DNA of 64,000 bases, from NCBI GenBank assembly GCA_020073265.1, contig JAIQFN010000005.1:76110-140109 (forward strand), written 5' to 3'. The translations under genes and the position numbers were made by a program. The notes beneath the pieces are model-generated. The model was not told the origin of the DNA. It did not search any database and saw only the letters and a list, made by a program, of their open reading frames with translations. Shown piece by piece: positions 1 through 9,286 of the stretch (the stretch's first letter is position 1; every line of letters begins with the position of its first letter). Source of the DNA: Terriglobia bacterium (GTDB lineage Bacteria; Acidobacteriota; Terriglobia; Bryobacterales; Bryobacteraceae).

Positions 1-73
1 AACCAGTTGCGGAAGACCTTTGACGGTCATGTTAATCATGCAACCGTTATGGTAGCACAATGGAACCACCTGG

Positions 74-1324
74 CTAGCGCTGCATCCAATCCACAATATG
101 CCCGGCTACCTCTTCGCCCGCGTCTTCCTGGATGAAGTGCCCGGCGCCCGGGATGGTCAGCTTGGGCGCGACGTTCTTGAAGATGGACCGCAGGAACGGC
201 TCGGCGGGGGCGGTGATGGCGTCCTCGGCGCCCCAGGCCAGCAGCAGCGGCAGGTCGAGTGTCTTCAGCCGCTCGATGGCGCGCACATTGTCGTACGCGC
301 CGGGGTGATCCTTGCGGATCGGGACCAGGCGCGGGAAGACCAGCGCGGCGGTCTGGTAGGCCTTGGAAGGAAACGGCGCGGCGTAGGCGGCGGCTTCGGC
401 GTCGGTGATCTGGCGCTTGAGAGTGTTGCGCATCATTAGCGCCATATCCATCGCTTCGACGCGCTGCGAGAAGCGGCGCCACTTGTAAAACGCCTCGCTA
501 TGCGGGTCGCCGATGGGAATGCCGGTATTCATCGCCACCAGGCGCGCGAACCGCTCGGGAATCTCAGCTAGGATACGGAGGCCGAGCAATCCACCCCAGT
601 CCTGGCAGACCATGGTGGCGTTCCTGAGATCCAGCGCTTCGACGAACTGGCGCAGCCAGCGCGCGTGCGATTTGTAGCTGTAGGCGTTGGTGGCGACCGG
701 CTTGTCGCTGCGTCCGAAGCCCACCAGGTCCGGCGCGATCACGCGGCCGACTTTCGCGAGCGGCGGGATCATGTGGCGATACAGATAGCTCCAGGTCGGT
801 TCGCCATGCAGCAGCAGGATGGGGTCGCCCGATCCGTGCTCGACGTACGCCATGCGAAGGCCTTCCACTTCCACGTACTTCGGCTCGTAAGGAAAGCCGG
901 GCAGATTCGCGAAGCGCTCGTCCGGCGTCCGCAACACGGACCCCTCCGGCCACGACGTCTTGACGCCCGCGAATTGCGCCACCTTGGCGATATCGGCCGG
1001 GTTGAGGCTGGGGGCGATCTCGGCCACCCACAGCGAGAACTGGAGCAGATCGTCGTCGATCTCGTGCTCGGGCGGGCGAGGCTCGAAGCGATCCCAATGC
1101 CCGTACAGCATAGCCATGGACGGGCGCCCGCGGCCGAGGTCGGCCAGCTCCAGCGCATAAAGATGTCCGTACTTCGATCGCCAGTAGACGCGGCCGGCGC
1201 GAATGCCGGTGGCGCGCTCGACAGCTTCGGCGACATCCGGGCGCACATCCAGCTCTTGTTCCCACAGCAGCGGATCGGGCCGCAAGTAGGAAAGCTCTTC
1301 GGCTGACGGCGTGATGAACTTCAT
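74..1324 (-). CDS. haloalkane dehalogenase-like alpha/beta hydrolase (DhlA/HLD-I type) with ~125-aa N-terminal extension
   Basis: The C-terminal ~290 aa read RTPDERFANLPGFPYEPKYVEVEG...LLLHGEPTWSYLYRHMIPPL...APDLVGFGRSDKP...VCQDWGG...GHFIQED, a DhlA-like pattern. Start placed at ATG 1322-1324 (MKFITPS), which forms an ATGA overlap with the upstream gene's stop. Codons are GC3-rich through the extension. Confidence 0.8.
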   Translation of the reverse strand: MKFITPSAEELSYLRPDPLLWEQELDVRPDVAEAVERATGIRAGRVYWRSKYGHLYALELADLGRGRPSMAMLYGHWDRFEPRPPEHEIDDDLLQFSLWVAEIAPSLNPADIAKVAQFAGVKTSWPEGSVLRTPDERFANLPGFPYEPKYVEVEGLRMAYVEHGSGDPILLLHGEPTWSYLYRHMIPPLAKVGRVIAPDLVGFGRSDKPVATNAYSYKSHARWLRQFVEALDLRNATMVCQDWGGLLGLRILAEIPERFARLVAMNTGIPIGDPHSEAFYKWRRFSQRVEAMDMALMMRNTLKRQITDAEAAAYAAPFPSKAYQTAALVFPRLVPIRKDHPGAYDNVRAIERLKTLDLPLLLAWGAEDAITAPAEPFLRSIFKNVAPKLTIPGAGHFIQEDAGEEVAGHIVDWMQR

Positions 1325-2241
1325 GACCGCGCCCCCACCGTGCGGTTCAGGAATTCGACCATGGTCTTCGCGAGATCCGGCCCGCGGTCGTCCTGCAGAA
1401 AATGCCGCGCGCGATCGAACGCGATAGGGCCTTCGGCCTGCGGCAGCAGCTCCTTCAAGCGATGAGCGAACTCGATGGGAAAAACTTCGTCGGCGGGCGC
1501 CCACAGGAGCAGCGCCGGAGTCTTCGCGAGTTCCGGAAGCCGCCGCTCGATGGCTTTCATGTCGGCCCAGCCGCGATCGCCCTCGCGCATCGGAATGGTG
1601 CGCGGCCAAGTGAGCACCACGTGATCGGAACCGCCTTCGTCGTAGACGTGGTGATACGCGCGGCCCTCCTCCGGCGTCATGCCGCGAACCGTGGTGGCAG
1701 TGGGGCCGTGCTGCGATAGCACTTTATGCCGCCGCATGAAAAACTGCCCGATCAGCGGCGCGTGCCAGGTCATCCAGGGCCTGGGCGAGGCGTGAAATTT
1801 GCTGATGAGGCCGGTGAACAGCCAGGTGTTCATCAGCACCAGCGCCGAGAGTTTCTCGACGCGCTGCAGCGCCGCTCCGACGCCTTGCGGTCCGCCCCAA
1901 TCCTGCCCGGTGATGACGAACCCGCGCAACTCGAGCTGATCGATCAGCGAAACCAGATCCGCGATGTGATGCGCGAAGGTCAAACCGGCGTCCACGCGCG
2001 GATGATCCGAGTAGCCGGCGCCGATCCAATCCGGCGCGATGACGCGGAAGCCGGCGGCGGTGAGCGGCGAAACGAAATCGCGATACAGAAAGCCCCACGT
2101 TGGATTGCCGGAGAGCAGCAGCACCGGCCGGCCGGCGCGATCGCCTTCGTCGATGTAGGCCATGCCACGGCCGTTGACGCGAATCTCGCGCTGAGTCCAC
2201 GGAAACATCGGCTCCAGCCACTTCGGTTTTTCTCTGCGCAT
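1321..2241 (-). CDS. alpha/beta hydrolase, haloalkane dehalogenase-like
   Basis: MRREKPKWLEPMFPW...VLLLSGNPTWGFLYRDFVSPL...APDWIGAGYSD...ITGQDWGG...ARHFLQDD. Start chosen at internal Met46 of the 1321..2376 ORF; further upstream it would collide with the divergent gene. Confidence 0.8.
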   Translation of the reverse strand: MRREKPKWLEPMFPWTQREIRVNGRGMAYIDEGDRAGRPVLLLSGNPTWGFLYRDFVSPLTAAGFRVIAPDWIGAGYSDHPRVDAGLTFAHHIADLVSLIDQLELRGFVITGQDWGGPQGVGAALQRVEKLSALVLMNTWLFTGLISKFHASPRPWMTWHAPLIGQFFMRRHKVLSQHGPTATTVRGMTPEEGRAYHHVYDEGGSDHVVLTWPRTIPMREGDRGWADMKAIERRLPELAKTPALLLWAPADEVFPIEFAHRLKELLPQAEGPIAFDRARHFLQDDRGPDLAKTMVEFLNRTVGARS

Positions 2242-2284
2242 GAAGGCAGTGTACCGTCGGCCTCGCCTCTGTGACAATACAAGC

Positions 2285-3379
2285 ATGCGGCCGCTGCGCG
2301 GTTCCCTGTGGGTGCTGGTGCTGTACGACGTGGCCGAGCAGATCCTACTCGAAAAGTTGCAACGGCTGGTGAGCACCGAGCCTTCGGAAGCTCAGCCGCG
2401 CTTCAAGCATCCGGCGCCTGAGTACGTGCGGTTCGAGCGGCCGCCCATGGTCGAATATCCGGAGCCGGTGACCACCTCGAGCGGCCAGCAGTTCCAGGCG
2501 CGCATCAAGTATTTCGACTATGGCGTGGTGAGCGTCGAGCTGCAGCTCGAGTTCGAAGCCAGTTGGGACGAATTGATCCGTCTGTCGAACCGCTGGATCA
2601 TGGCGCCCGAGATGGAGCGCTGCACCGCGGAACTGGTCCGGACGCGCCTGGAGAAAATCGCGCCGGCGCTCGACACACCGTACTCGACCAGGCTGAGCGA
2701 AGACTACTACATCATCCACCTGCGCGAAGCATTGGACGAAGATGGCCGCCCGATGACCGCGCCGGCGATGCTCGCGACGCACGGCGAACAAGTCGCGCAG
2801 ATCGTGCGCGGCGAATCCATGCCGCTTTCCGACGGCGAGCGCCGGGAAGTGCTGCAATCCAGCCTGTCGTATTATCCGTGCGACCTGCTGGTGGTCGGCT
2901 GGGTGGGAGCGCTGGTCTACGACACTCCGGAAGGCGCCGCGCCCACCATCCAGTTGCTGGAATACGCCAACGCGCAGTTGCTGGAATTTCGCCACTACGA
3001 CGACCTGCTGACTCGCGTGCTCGAGAACGTCTACAAGACGCTGGAGCATCGCGGCGGCCTGTTCCGCCGCTGGCGCATGGCGCGCGAGGCCGAGCGGCTC
3101 AACACGCTGCGCCTGGACATCACCGAGCTGACCGAACGCACCGACAACGCCATCAAGTTCTTAAGCGATATGTTTTACGCGCGCGCCCACCGCATGGCCG
3201 CGTCCCGCGTCGGCGTGCCGGACTACCGCCACCTGGTGGACGAAAAACTGCGCACCGCCGGCGAGCTGTACGACTTCATGATGAACGAGTTCCACCAGGC
3301 CCGTGCCTTCGTCCTGGAAGCCATGGTGGTGGCGATCCTGGTGATCGAGCTTTTCCACTTATTCGGCCGGTGGGGGTAG
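2285..3379 (+). CDS. hypothetical protein with coiled-coil region and C-terminal TM helix (possibly RMD1/DUF155-like)
   Basis: GC3-rich ORF. Start moved to MRPLRGSLWVLVLYDV. Ends in the hydrophobic helix AFVLEAMVVAILVIELFHLFGRWG. The family assignment is from memory only. Confidence 0.55.
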   Translation: MRPLRGSLWVLVLYDVAEQILLEKLQRLVSTEPSEAQPRFKHPAPEYVRFERPPMVEYPEPVTTSSGQQFQARIKYFDYGVVSVELQLEFEASWDELIRLSNRWIMAPEMERCTAELVRTRLEKIAPALDTPYSTRLSEDYYIIHLREALDEDGRPMTAPAMLATHGEQVAQIVRGESMPLSDGERREVLQSSLSYYPCDLLVVGWVGALVYDTPEGAAPTIQLLEYANAQLLEFRHYDDLLTRVLENVYKTLEHRGGLFRRWRMAREAERLNTLRLDITELTERTDNAIKFLSDMFYARAHRMAASRVGVPDYRHLVDEKLRTAGELYDFMMNEFHQARAFVLEAMVVAILVIELFHLFGRWG

Positions 3380-3415
3380 TGGCGTTCCCTGAATATCCGG
3401 TTACAATATAAACGG

Positions 3416-3799
3416 ATGCACGCCGACACCCTGACCGACACGCTGGACACCATGTCGTTCGTGCCTCACCCCAATCTCTCGGATGACGTAAATCACAACA
3501 TCATTCAGTCCGAGATCGAAGGCGGCGTGTACCTGCGGGACCTGTCGCCGGGCGCGGTGCTGGCCATCCAGACGCAGAACCGGGCCTACACGCTGGTGAG
3601 CCTGGGGGATGAGTCCGCGCTGATCTCCGGCCACCCGGAATTCTGCCCTGAGCCGGTGGAAGTGCTGGTCCAGGGATCCACCTGGGGCGGCTCGATGCTG
3701 AAGACCAAGTTCGTCGGACGCGGCATGCACCTGGAGTTCATCCATCCGGTGTTCCGGACCGTGATCACGTCCCAGATCCTCGACATCCGGCAGAGCTAG
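3416..3799 (+). CDS. hypothetical protein
   Basis: 127-aa ORF with non-repetitive, balanced composition (…[29 protein letters not shown]…). No recognisable domain. Start could also be the internal MSFVP. Confidence 0.5.
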   Translation: MHADTLTDTLDTMSFVPHPNLSDDVNHNIIQSEIEGGVYLRDLSPGAVLAIQTQNRAYTLVSLGDESALISGHPEFCPEPVEVLVQGSTWGGSMLKTKFVGRGMHLEFIHPVFRTVITSQILDIRQS

Positions 3800-3807
3800 T
3801 CAGGCAG

Positions 3808-4092
3808 CTACTTCGGTTCGTACGGAAACCGCCGGATCGACTTCACGCATTCATGCAAGGCCGACGACATCGACTGTCCCCAGCCCACCGGCGTGAACGG
3901 CGCCGTCCTCTGGTTGGTTTGCTTGTCCGCTTGCGCGAAGAATTTCATGGCCGGGTCGGGCGGGTTGACGTACTCCCGCACGGTAATGACGAAGTCCACA
4001 TCGCCATCGGCCTGGTGTTTCTTGATCGCGAAATACTGGAGGTGGCAAAACGCTTCCGCCGCCTCGGTGTCCACATAAGTCCACTCAGCCAA
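3808..4092 (-). CDS. hypothetical protein
   Basis: 94-aa ORF (MAEWTYVDTEAAEAFCHLQYFAIKKHQADGDVDFVITVREY…), convergent with the previous gene. Composition is protein-like. No domain recognised. Confidence 0.45.
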   Translation of the reverse strand: MAEWTYVDTEAAEAFCHLQYFAIKKHQADGDVDFVITVREYVNPPDPAMKFFAQADKQTNQRTAPFTPVGWGQSMSSALHECVKSIRRFPYEPK

Positions 4093-4158
4093 GATCGTTC
4101 CTCCTTAGGAGCGCAAAAGGCAGTTTATCGCAGCCGGACGCCCGGGCGCATCGTCCGC

Positions 4159-6828
4159 TCATTTCTTCAGCGCCGCGGTCCAGTTCTGCACCAGCGTCAG
4201 CGGCTCGGCGTTGGACTGCTGTGGCACGGTACGGACGAGAAAGCGTTGCCCGTCTGCCGAAACATCGTAAGGAAATCCCGCGCCGCCGGGGATCGCACCG
4301 AAGAGCGGCCGCTCCGCACCCACTTCCAGCACGTCACCCTTCGCGCTCACTTCCGCCGCCATGAGCCGGCGGTCCGGCGCGATGTAATAGATTTCTTTGC
4401 CGTCGCTCCGCCACACCGGCTGATCGCCGCCTGCTGTCGAGATCTGCCGTTTGCCGCCCGGTCCGGGGAATGGCGCCACATAAATCTCGTTTCGCTGGGA
4501 CTCGTCGGACGAGTAGGCGACCCAACGACTATCGGGGGAAAACCTGCCCCACTGCTCATTGAACGCCAAGGGAGCGAAAGGAATGGGCTTTCGCTCACCG
4601 GCCGGCGTTCCGTCCATCGGCAGGACCCACAGTTGGTTCTTGCTGGCCGGATCGACGTATATCATGTAGAGGAGGAATTTCCCGTCCGGAGAAAAAGTGG
4701 TGGGATATTTCTCTCTGCCGTCCGCGTACAAAAGCTCCTCGCCGCCCGCCCCGTTGGAAGGTTTCCGGTAGAGGTCGAAATGCCCTTTCCGATTTGAGTT
4801 GAAAATGATCGATCGGCCATCCGGAGACCAAACTGCTTCCCGCTCTTCGGCCGCGTCGAATGTAAAGCGGGTTTTTAACTGGCGAGCAACGTCGTAAACC
4901 CAGATGTCGCGGCTGCGTATCGCACCGTCAAGGATATTGATCACGACGCTCTTCCCGTCGGGTGAGAATCTTACTCCCGACAGGCTGTCCGGCTGGCCGA
5001 ATTCGCCCGTTTGTTTTCCACTCCGGTCAAACCACACTAGTTGCCCGGTCGGCGTTGCAGTGCCGGTCTGGTAGAGAAGAAAACCATTCTCCGAAACAGT
5101 AAACGTGGCGTGCCCCAGTCCGAGCACATTTTGAACCTGCTCGGCCACCGGCACTGCATCCCCTGTGGTGGTCAGGCGCGTAGTGTCGAACGGCTGAGCC
5201 ATCAGCGTGTTGTCGCGCAGGAACAGCAAGTGTCCTTGGGCGTAGAGCGCGTTGAGTGGCGACTCCATGATGAACTTGGAATCCTGCCCATTCGAATCAA
5301 GGGATGTTGCGTGAATTGTTCCTGAAGCAGAGCCGGCCTCCGTGGTAGCCCAATAGAGGAAGTGACGCCCGTCCGGCAAAAACTGCGGCCACCGATGCAC
5401 TGCTTCCTTTCGGGAATCGAGAACCGTCGCAGGGCTCGAAACGCCCCCCGCCGCTGAAACCCGACGCAACGGGCCGTTGACGTCCGGCGCAAATACAATC
5501 ACACCTTCCCGATTCCAGGTACCTCCCAAAGCTCTCGGCGCGTCACAGAGAGTCAGCGCAGGTCCGCCCGAAGGATCGATCCTCTTCAGCTTGCCGTTGG
5601 CGAAGAATCCGATGTGCTCGCTGTCAGCCGACCAGAATGGAAAGCTCGCGCCCTCTGTTCCGGCCAGCGGCAACGCCGCCGGCGAGCTGAGCGAGCGCAC
5701 CCAAAGCTGGTTCTTGCCGTCCGAAGACGTCGCGCTAAAGACCAGTCCCCGGCCATCGGGCGACACGGCTAGTGCTCCTGCTTGATTGCCGATGAAGTTG
5801 AAAGCAGTCCTCTCCGGCGGAGGGATCGTAAACCGCTCCACCAGCGCCTCCGGCGGCTTTTCGCGAAAGTGAACGAACGCGAGGCCCGCCAGAGCCAGCA
5901 GCGAAATCGCCGCCAGCGCCATCCAGGCCAATGGCCGGCGCGTAGGCGCGGTCACCAGCGGCGCCTCAACCTCAGCCTGCGGATTCTCGAGCACGATGCG
6001 CGCTTCCCCGATGTGCTGCAGCCTGCGCCGCACGTCGCGCTCCAGACACCGAGCCACCAGGTTGCGGATCGCGACCGGCGTGCCGGACGGCAGACGCTCC
6101 AGCGCCACCGGATCCTTGATCACCGACGCCAGCGTCTCCGCCGCCGTCTCCCCGGTGTACAGCCGTCGCCCAGTGAGCATCTCATACAGCACTACGCCGA
6201 ACGCCCAGATGTCGCTGCGGCGGTCCGCTGCCTTGCCCTTGGCCTGCTCCGGCGACATGTACGCAGCCGTGCCAAGAATCACCCCCATGCGCGTGGCGGC
6301 CAGCGTGAGAGTGGGCGAGTTCTCCGGCGGCGCCGACGGCGGATCGTCATCCAGCGCCTTGGCTAGGCCGAAGTCCAGAACCTTCACCGCTCCTTCAGTC
6401 GTGATCTTGATGTTGGCCGGCTTCAGGTCGCGATGAACGATGGCGCGGTCGTGCGCGTATTCGAGCGCCTCGGCGATCTGCCGCGCGAGCGCGAGAGCCT
6501 CGTCGAGCGGGATGGCGCCGGCCGCGATGCGCGCGTCCAGCCCCGGCCCTTCCACCAGCTCCATCACCAGCGCGCGGATGGTCCCGGATTCCTCCAGTCC
6601 ATAAATCGCCGCGATGTTGGGATGATTCATCGACGCCAGCACGTGCGCCTCGCGCTGGAACCGCGCCATGCGGTCCGGATCGCCGGCGAAAACGGCGGGC
6701 AGAACCTTGAGAGCCACGTCGCGATTAAGCCGCGTATCGCGCGCGCGATAAACTTCGCCCATCCCGCCCGCGCCAATAAGCGCAAAAATCTCGTAGGAGC
6801 CCAGCTTGGTCCCGGCCGAAAGCGGCAT
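4159..6828 (-). CDS. Hanks-type Ser/Thr protein kinase with TM segment and C-terminal TolB-like beta-propeller
   Basis: GAGGMGEVY, VALK, HRDLKPANI, DFGLAK and SPEQ kinase motifs. TM segment LAWMALAAISLLALAGLAFV. Then eight (S/L)PDG-type blade motifs (VSPDGRGLVF, FLPDGRHFLY, FSPDGKSVV, WSPDGRSIIF, FSPDGKFLLY, …). Confidence 0.9.
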   Translation of the reverse strand: MPLSAGTKLGSYEIFALIGAGGMGEVYRARDTRLNRDVALKVLPAVFAGDPDRMARFQREAHVLASMNHPNIAAIYGLEESGTIRALVMELVEGPGLDARIAAGAIPLDEALALARQIAEALEYAHDRAIVHRDLKPANIKITTEGAVKVLDFGLAKALDDDPPSAPPENSPTLTLAATRMGVILGTAAYMSPEQAKGKAADRRSDIWAFGVVLYEMLTGRRLYTGETAAETLASVIKDPVALERLPSGTPVAIRNLVARCLERDVRRRLQHIGEARIVLENPQAEVEAPLVTAPTRRPLAWMALAAISLLALAGLAFVHFREKPPEALVERFTIPPPERTAFNFIGNQAGALAVSPDGRGLVFSATSSDGKNQLWVRSLSSPAALPLAGTEGASFPFWSADSEHIGFFANGKLKRIDPSGGPALTLCDAPRALGGTWNREGVIVFAPDVNGPLRRVSAAGGVSSPATVLDSRKEAVHRWPQFLPDGRHFLYWATTEAGSASGTIHATSLDSNGQDSKFIMESPLNALYAQGHLLFLRDNTLMAQPFDTTRLTTTGDAVPVAEQVQNVLGLGHATFTVSENGFLLYQTGTATPTGQLVWFDRSGKQTGEFGQPDSLSGVRFSPDGKSVVINILDGAIRSRDIWVYDVARQLKTRFTFDAAEEREAVWSPDGRSIIFNSNRKGHFDLYRKPSNGAGGEELLYADGREKYPTTFSPDGKFLLYMIYVDPASKNQLWVLPMDGTPAGERKPIPFAPLAFNEQWGRFSPDSRWVAYSSDESQRNEIYVAPFPGPGGKRQISTAGGDQPVWRSDGKEIYYIAPDRRLMAAEVSAKGDVLEVGAERPLFGAIPGGAGFPYDVSADGQRFLVRTVPQQSNAEPLTLVQNWTAALKK

Positions 6829-6881
6829 AAATGGATCGGTTAACAGATTCTACCCCACCCGGATCGCCCTAAGCTCTAGCC

Positions 6882-7082
6882 CTAGTGCAGGCGGCTTAGT
6901 CCGGGCCAGCGGTCGAAGTCGCTGTCGAAACTGAAGATGGCTGAGACCCCGCGGCGTTCCATGATTGCGATGTGCAGAGCGTCACGGGCTGAAAGCACGC
7001 CGGACGCGTGCGTGATCTCACTGGCGCCATGGCTTCGCGGCGGTCGATTGGCGGTATAGCGATGGAGGATTCTCGCAGAATC
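6882..7082 (-). pseudogene. 5'-truncated PIN-domain (VapC-like) toxin remnant
   Basis: The frame just after the RHH gene's stop reads DSARILHRYTANRPPRSHGASEITHASGVLSARDALHIAIMERRGVSAIFSFDSDFDRWPGLSRLH*. This is only the C-terminal half of a PIN domain. There is no start codon and the N-terminal half is absent. The 62-aa track ORF 6896..7084 is in a different frame and shows no similarity. Confidence 0.5.
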
Positions 7083-7320
7083 ACGTCTGATCGCGGCGGG
7101 CGGTCTCGGCCAGCATTTGCTCGATGTCGCCGGTGGGAAACAAGTGGGCCACCGCCCGGCGAACCGCCTTGAGCTTCACTTGAGGGTCATGGACGGGCTG
7201 GCGCGAGCGAGCCTCGCGCAGCACCCTGCGCACGCCGACCGTCAATCGATCCCGCCGGGCATGCCTCCGGATCTCGTCCATCTCGGAATCCGACAGCAGG
7301 ACTCGCAGTCTCTGACTCAT
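7081..7320 (-). CDS. ribbon-helix-helix antitoxin-like protein (VapB/CopG-like)
   Basis: MSQRLRVLLSDSEMDEIRRHARRDRLTVG… is a typical RHH N-terminus. It lies immediately upstream of the PIN remnant. Confidence 0.65.
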   Translation of the reverse strand: MSQRLRVLLSDSEMDEIRRHARRDRLTVGVRRVLREARSRQPVHDPQVKLKAVRRAVAHLFPTGDIEQMLAETARRDQT

Positions 7321-7430
7321 ATCGTGAGTATATTGCGTTCACATGGTTACTAGCTCAGGCCGGGCGTGCCCAATCAACGCACATCAGACTGGATCTAAAG
7401 GTTTTGCGCTAAACGGCCGATCTATCTTCC

Positions 7431-8324
7431 GTGGCCGGACTGTATCTGGAATCGCGTCTGGAGTTTCTGCGCGCGACGCAGAACGCGGACGGCGGCTGGG
7501 GATATTTTCCCGGAAAACACTCCTGGATGGAACCCACCACTTACGCGATGCTCGCGCTCCACGGCACGCCCGGTTCGGATGCCCTGCTGGATCGCGCCTG
7601 GCGCCTGGTCCGCTCCTGGCAGCTTCCGGATGGAAGCGTACGCCCCGGCGCGGGAATCGAGGGCGGCACCTGGGTGACCGCGCACGCGGTGACGCTGGCC
7701 TGCCTGCGCGGCGTTCATGATTCCAACGTGAGCCGCTCGGTGGACTGGATGCTGCATGTAGTCGGCGCGGAACACAATCCCGCCATGCGAGCGGCCTCCT
7801 ACTTCCACATGCTCAAGACCAAGCTGGACGTCTCGCACCAGGGCTGGCCCTGGCGCAACGGCAACGCGTCCTGGATCGAACCGACCGCGCACACGCTAGT
7901 GGCTCTGAAGAAGGTCTCGAAAAACTATCGCAGCGCCGAGCTGGAGCATCGCGTGCGCGAGGGCGAGGATCTGCTCTTCAGCCGCCGCTGCAGCGACGGC
8001 GGATGGAACTGCGGCAACCCCAATGTCCTGAATTTCGATCTGCCGTCTTATCCGGAGACCACCGGCGTGGCGCTGATCGGGCTGGAGGGGCGCAGCGTCC
8101 GCGAATTGGCCCAGCCGCTCGAAGTCGCGCGGCGTTTCCGCACCGAAACCAAGTCGTCGCTCGCCAAGGCCTGGCTCAGCATCGGGCTGCGCTGTCACGG
8201 AGAGAATCCGGAGCCGCCCTCGGACACGGCGCGAGTCTCGTCCGACATCATGCTGGCCGCGCTCGAAACGCTCGCGCATCCGGAAGGCAACTACCGGCTG
8301 CTCAAGACGGAGGGCCTCGCATGA
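7431..8324 (+). CDS. prenyltransferase/squalene-cyclase-repeat (alpha/alpha-toroid) protein
   Basis: GTG start. Repeated motifs NADGGWGYFPG, QLPDGSV, WPWRNGN and RCSDGGWNCGNPN. The stop overlaps the next ATG (ATGA at 8321-8324). Confidence 0.7.
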   Translation: MAGLYLESRLEFLRATQNADGGWGYFPGKHSWMEPTTYAMLALHGTPGSDALLDRAWRLVRSWQLPDGSVRPGAGIEGGTWVTAHAVTLACLRGVHDSNVSRSVDWMLHVVGAEHNPAMRAASYFHMLKTKLDVSHQGWPWRNGNASWIEPTAHTLVALKKVSKNYRSAELEHRVREGEDLLFSRRCSDGGWNCGNPNVLNFDLPSYPETTGVALIGLEGRSVRELAQPLEVARRFRTETKSSLAKAWLSIGLRCHGENPEPPSDTARVSSDIMLAALETLAHPEGNYRLLKTEGLA

Positions 8325-9286
8325 ATCGCCGGAAATTCCTGACGCTCTCGGGCGCCGCTGTCGCCGGCACCTACGCCAGCATGAAGCTGCAGAAGCCGCC
8401 GCAGATTCCCGACGGCCCGCCGGGCGATTCCGTGGTGGCGATCCTGCGCGCCCGCTCGTATTCCGACGACCTGGTGAGCCGCATGCTCGAAGGCATCCGG
8501 CAATGCGGCCTGGACGTCCGCGGCAAGCGCGTCCTGCTGAAACCCAACCTGGTGGAGTTCGACTCCGCTACCGTGATCAACACCGACGCTACCGTGATCG
8601 CGGCCGCGCTCGAAGTGTTCCAGCACCTGGGCGCCGCCGAAGTCAAGATCGGCGAAGGCCCCGGACATCGCCGCGACACCCTCGACCTGGCCGACGACGC
8701 GCGCTACCGCGCCACCATCCCGAAATTCGAGAACATCTTTACCGATCTCAACCGCGACGATGTTTCCCCCGTTTTCGATTTCGCCAACGAGTCGCGCTTC
8801 TATTTCCCCAACACGGTGCTGGGCGCCGACCTGATCGTCTCGCTCGCCAAGATGAAGACGCACCACTGGGCCGGCGCCACGCTTTCGATGAAGAACTTCT
8901 TCGGCATCGTGCCCGGCTCGCTGTACGGCTGGCCCAAAAACAAGCTGCACTATATCGGGATTCAGGAGTCGGTGGTCGCGCTCAATCGCAAATTCCGCAA
9001 CACCTTCGCGATTGTGGACGGCATCATCGGCATGGAAGGCAACGGGCCGATCCAAGGCACGCCCAAGCCCACCGGAGTGCTGGTCATGGGCCGCGACCTG
9101 GTGGCGGTGGACTCCACCTGCTGCCGCATCATGGGAATCGATCCGGAAAAAGTCGACTATCTGCGGATGGCCGCCGGTTTGGGCCACGTGCATGGCTCGC
9201 GCATCCAGCAGCGCGGCGAATCCGTCGCCAGCGTCCGAACCAACTTCGCCCTGATCGACGAATTCCAGGGCCTGCGCCTGGCATGA
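8321..9286 (+). CDS. DUF362-like protein with twin-arginine signal
   Basis: MNRRKFLTLSGAAVAG is Tat-like. VLLKPNLVEF, GEGPGHRRDT, KMKTHHWAGATLSMKNFFG and DGIIGMEGNGP resemble DUF362 (PF04015). Start taken at internal Met107 of the 8003..9286 ORF. Confidence 0.75.
   Translation: MNRRKFLTLSGAAVAGTYASMKLQKPPQIPDGPPGDSVVAILRARSYSDDLVSRMLEGIRQCGLDVRGKRVLLKPNLVEFDSATVINTDATVIAAALEVFQHLGAAEVKIGEGPGHRRDTLDLADDARYRATIPKFENIFTDLNRDDVSPVFDFANESRFYFPNTVLGADLIVSLAKMKTHHWAGATLSMKNFFGIVPGSLYGWPKNKLHYIGIQESVVALNRKFRNTFAIVDGIIGMEGNGPIQGTPKPTGVLVMGRDLVAVDSTCCRIMGIDPEKVDYLRMAAGLGHVHGSRIQQRGESVASVRTNFALIDEFQGLRLA

Noticed and set aside
1-29. Possible start of a minus-strand gene running off the left edge (ATG at 27-29; MTVKGLPQLV…).
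   Set aside because: Only 9-10 codons are visible, which is too little to support a call.
6896-7084. 62-aa ORF from the track, immediately downstream of the RHH gene.
   Set aside because: It is in the wrong frame. The PIN-like similarity (…LSARDALHIAIMERRG…SFDSDFD…) is in a different frame, and this ORF's own translation has no recognisable features.
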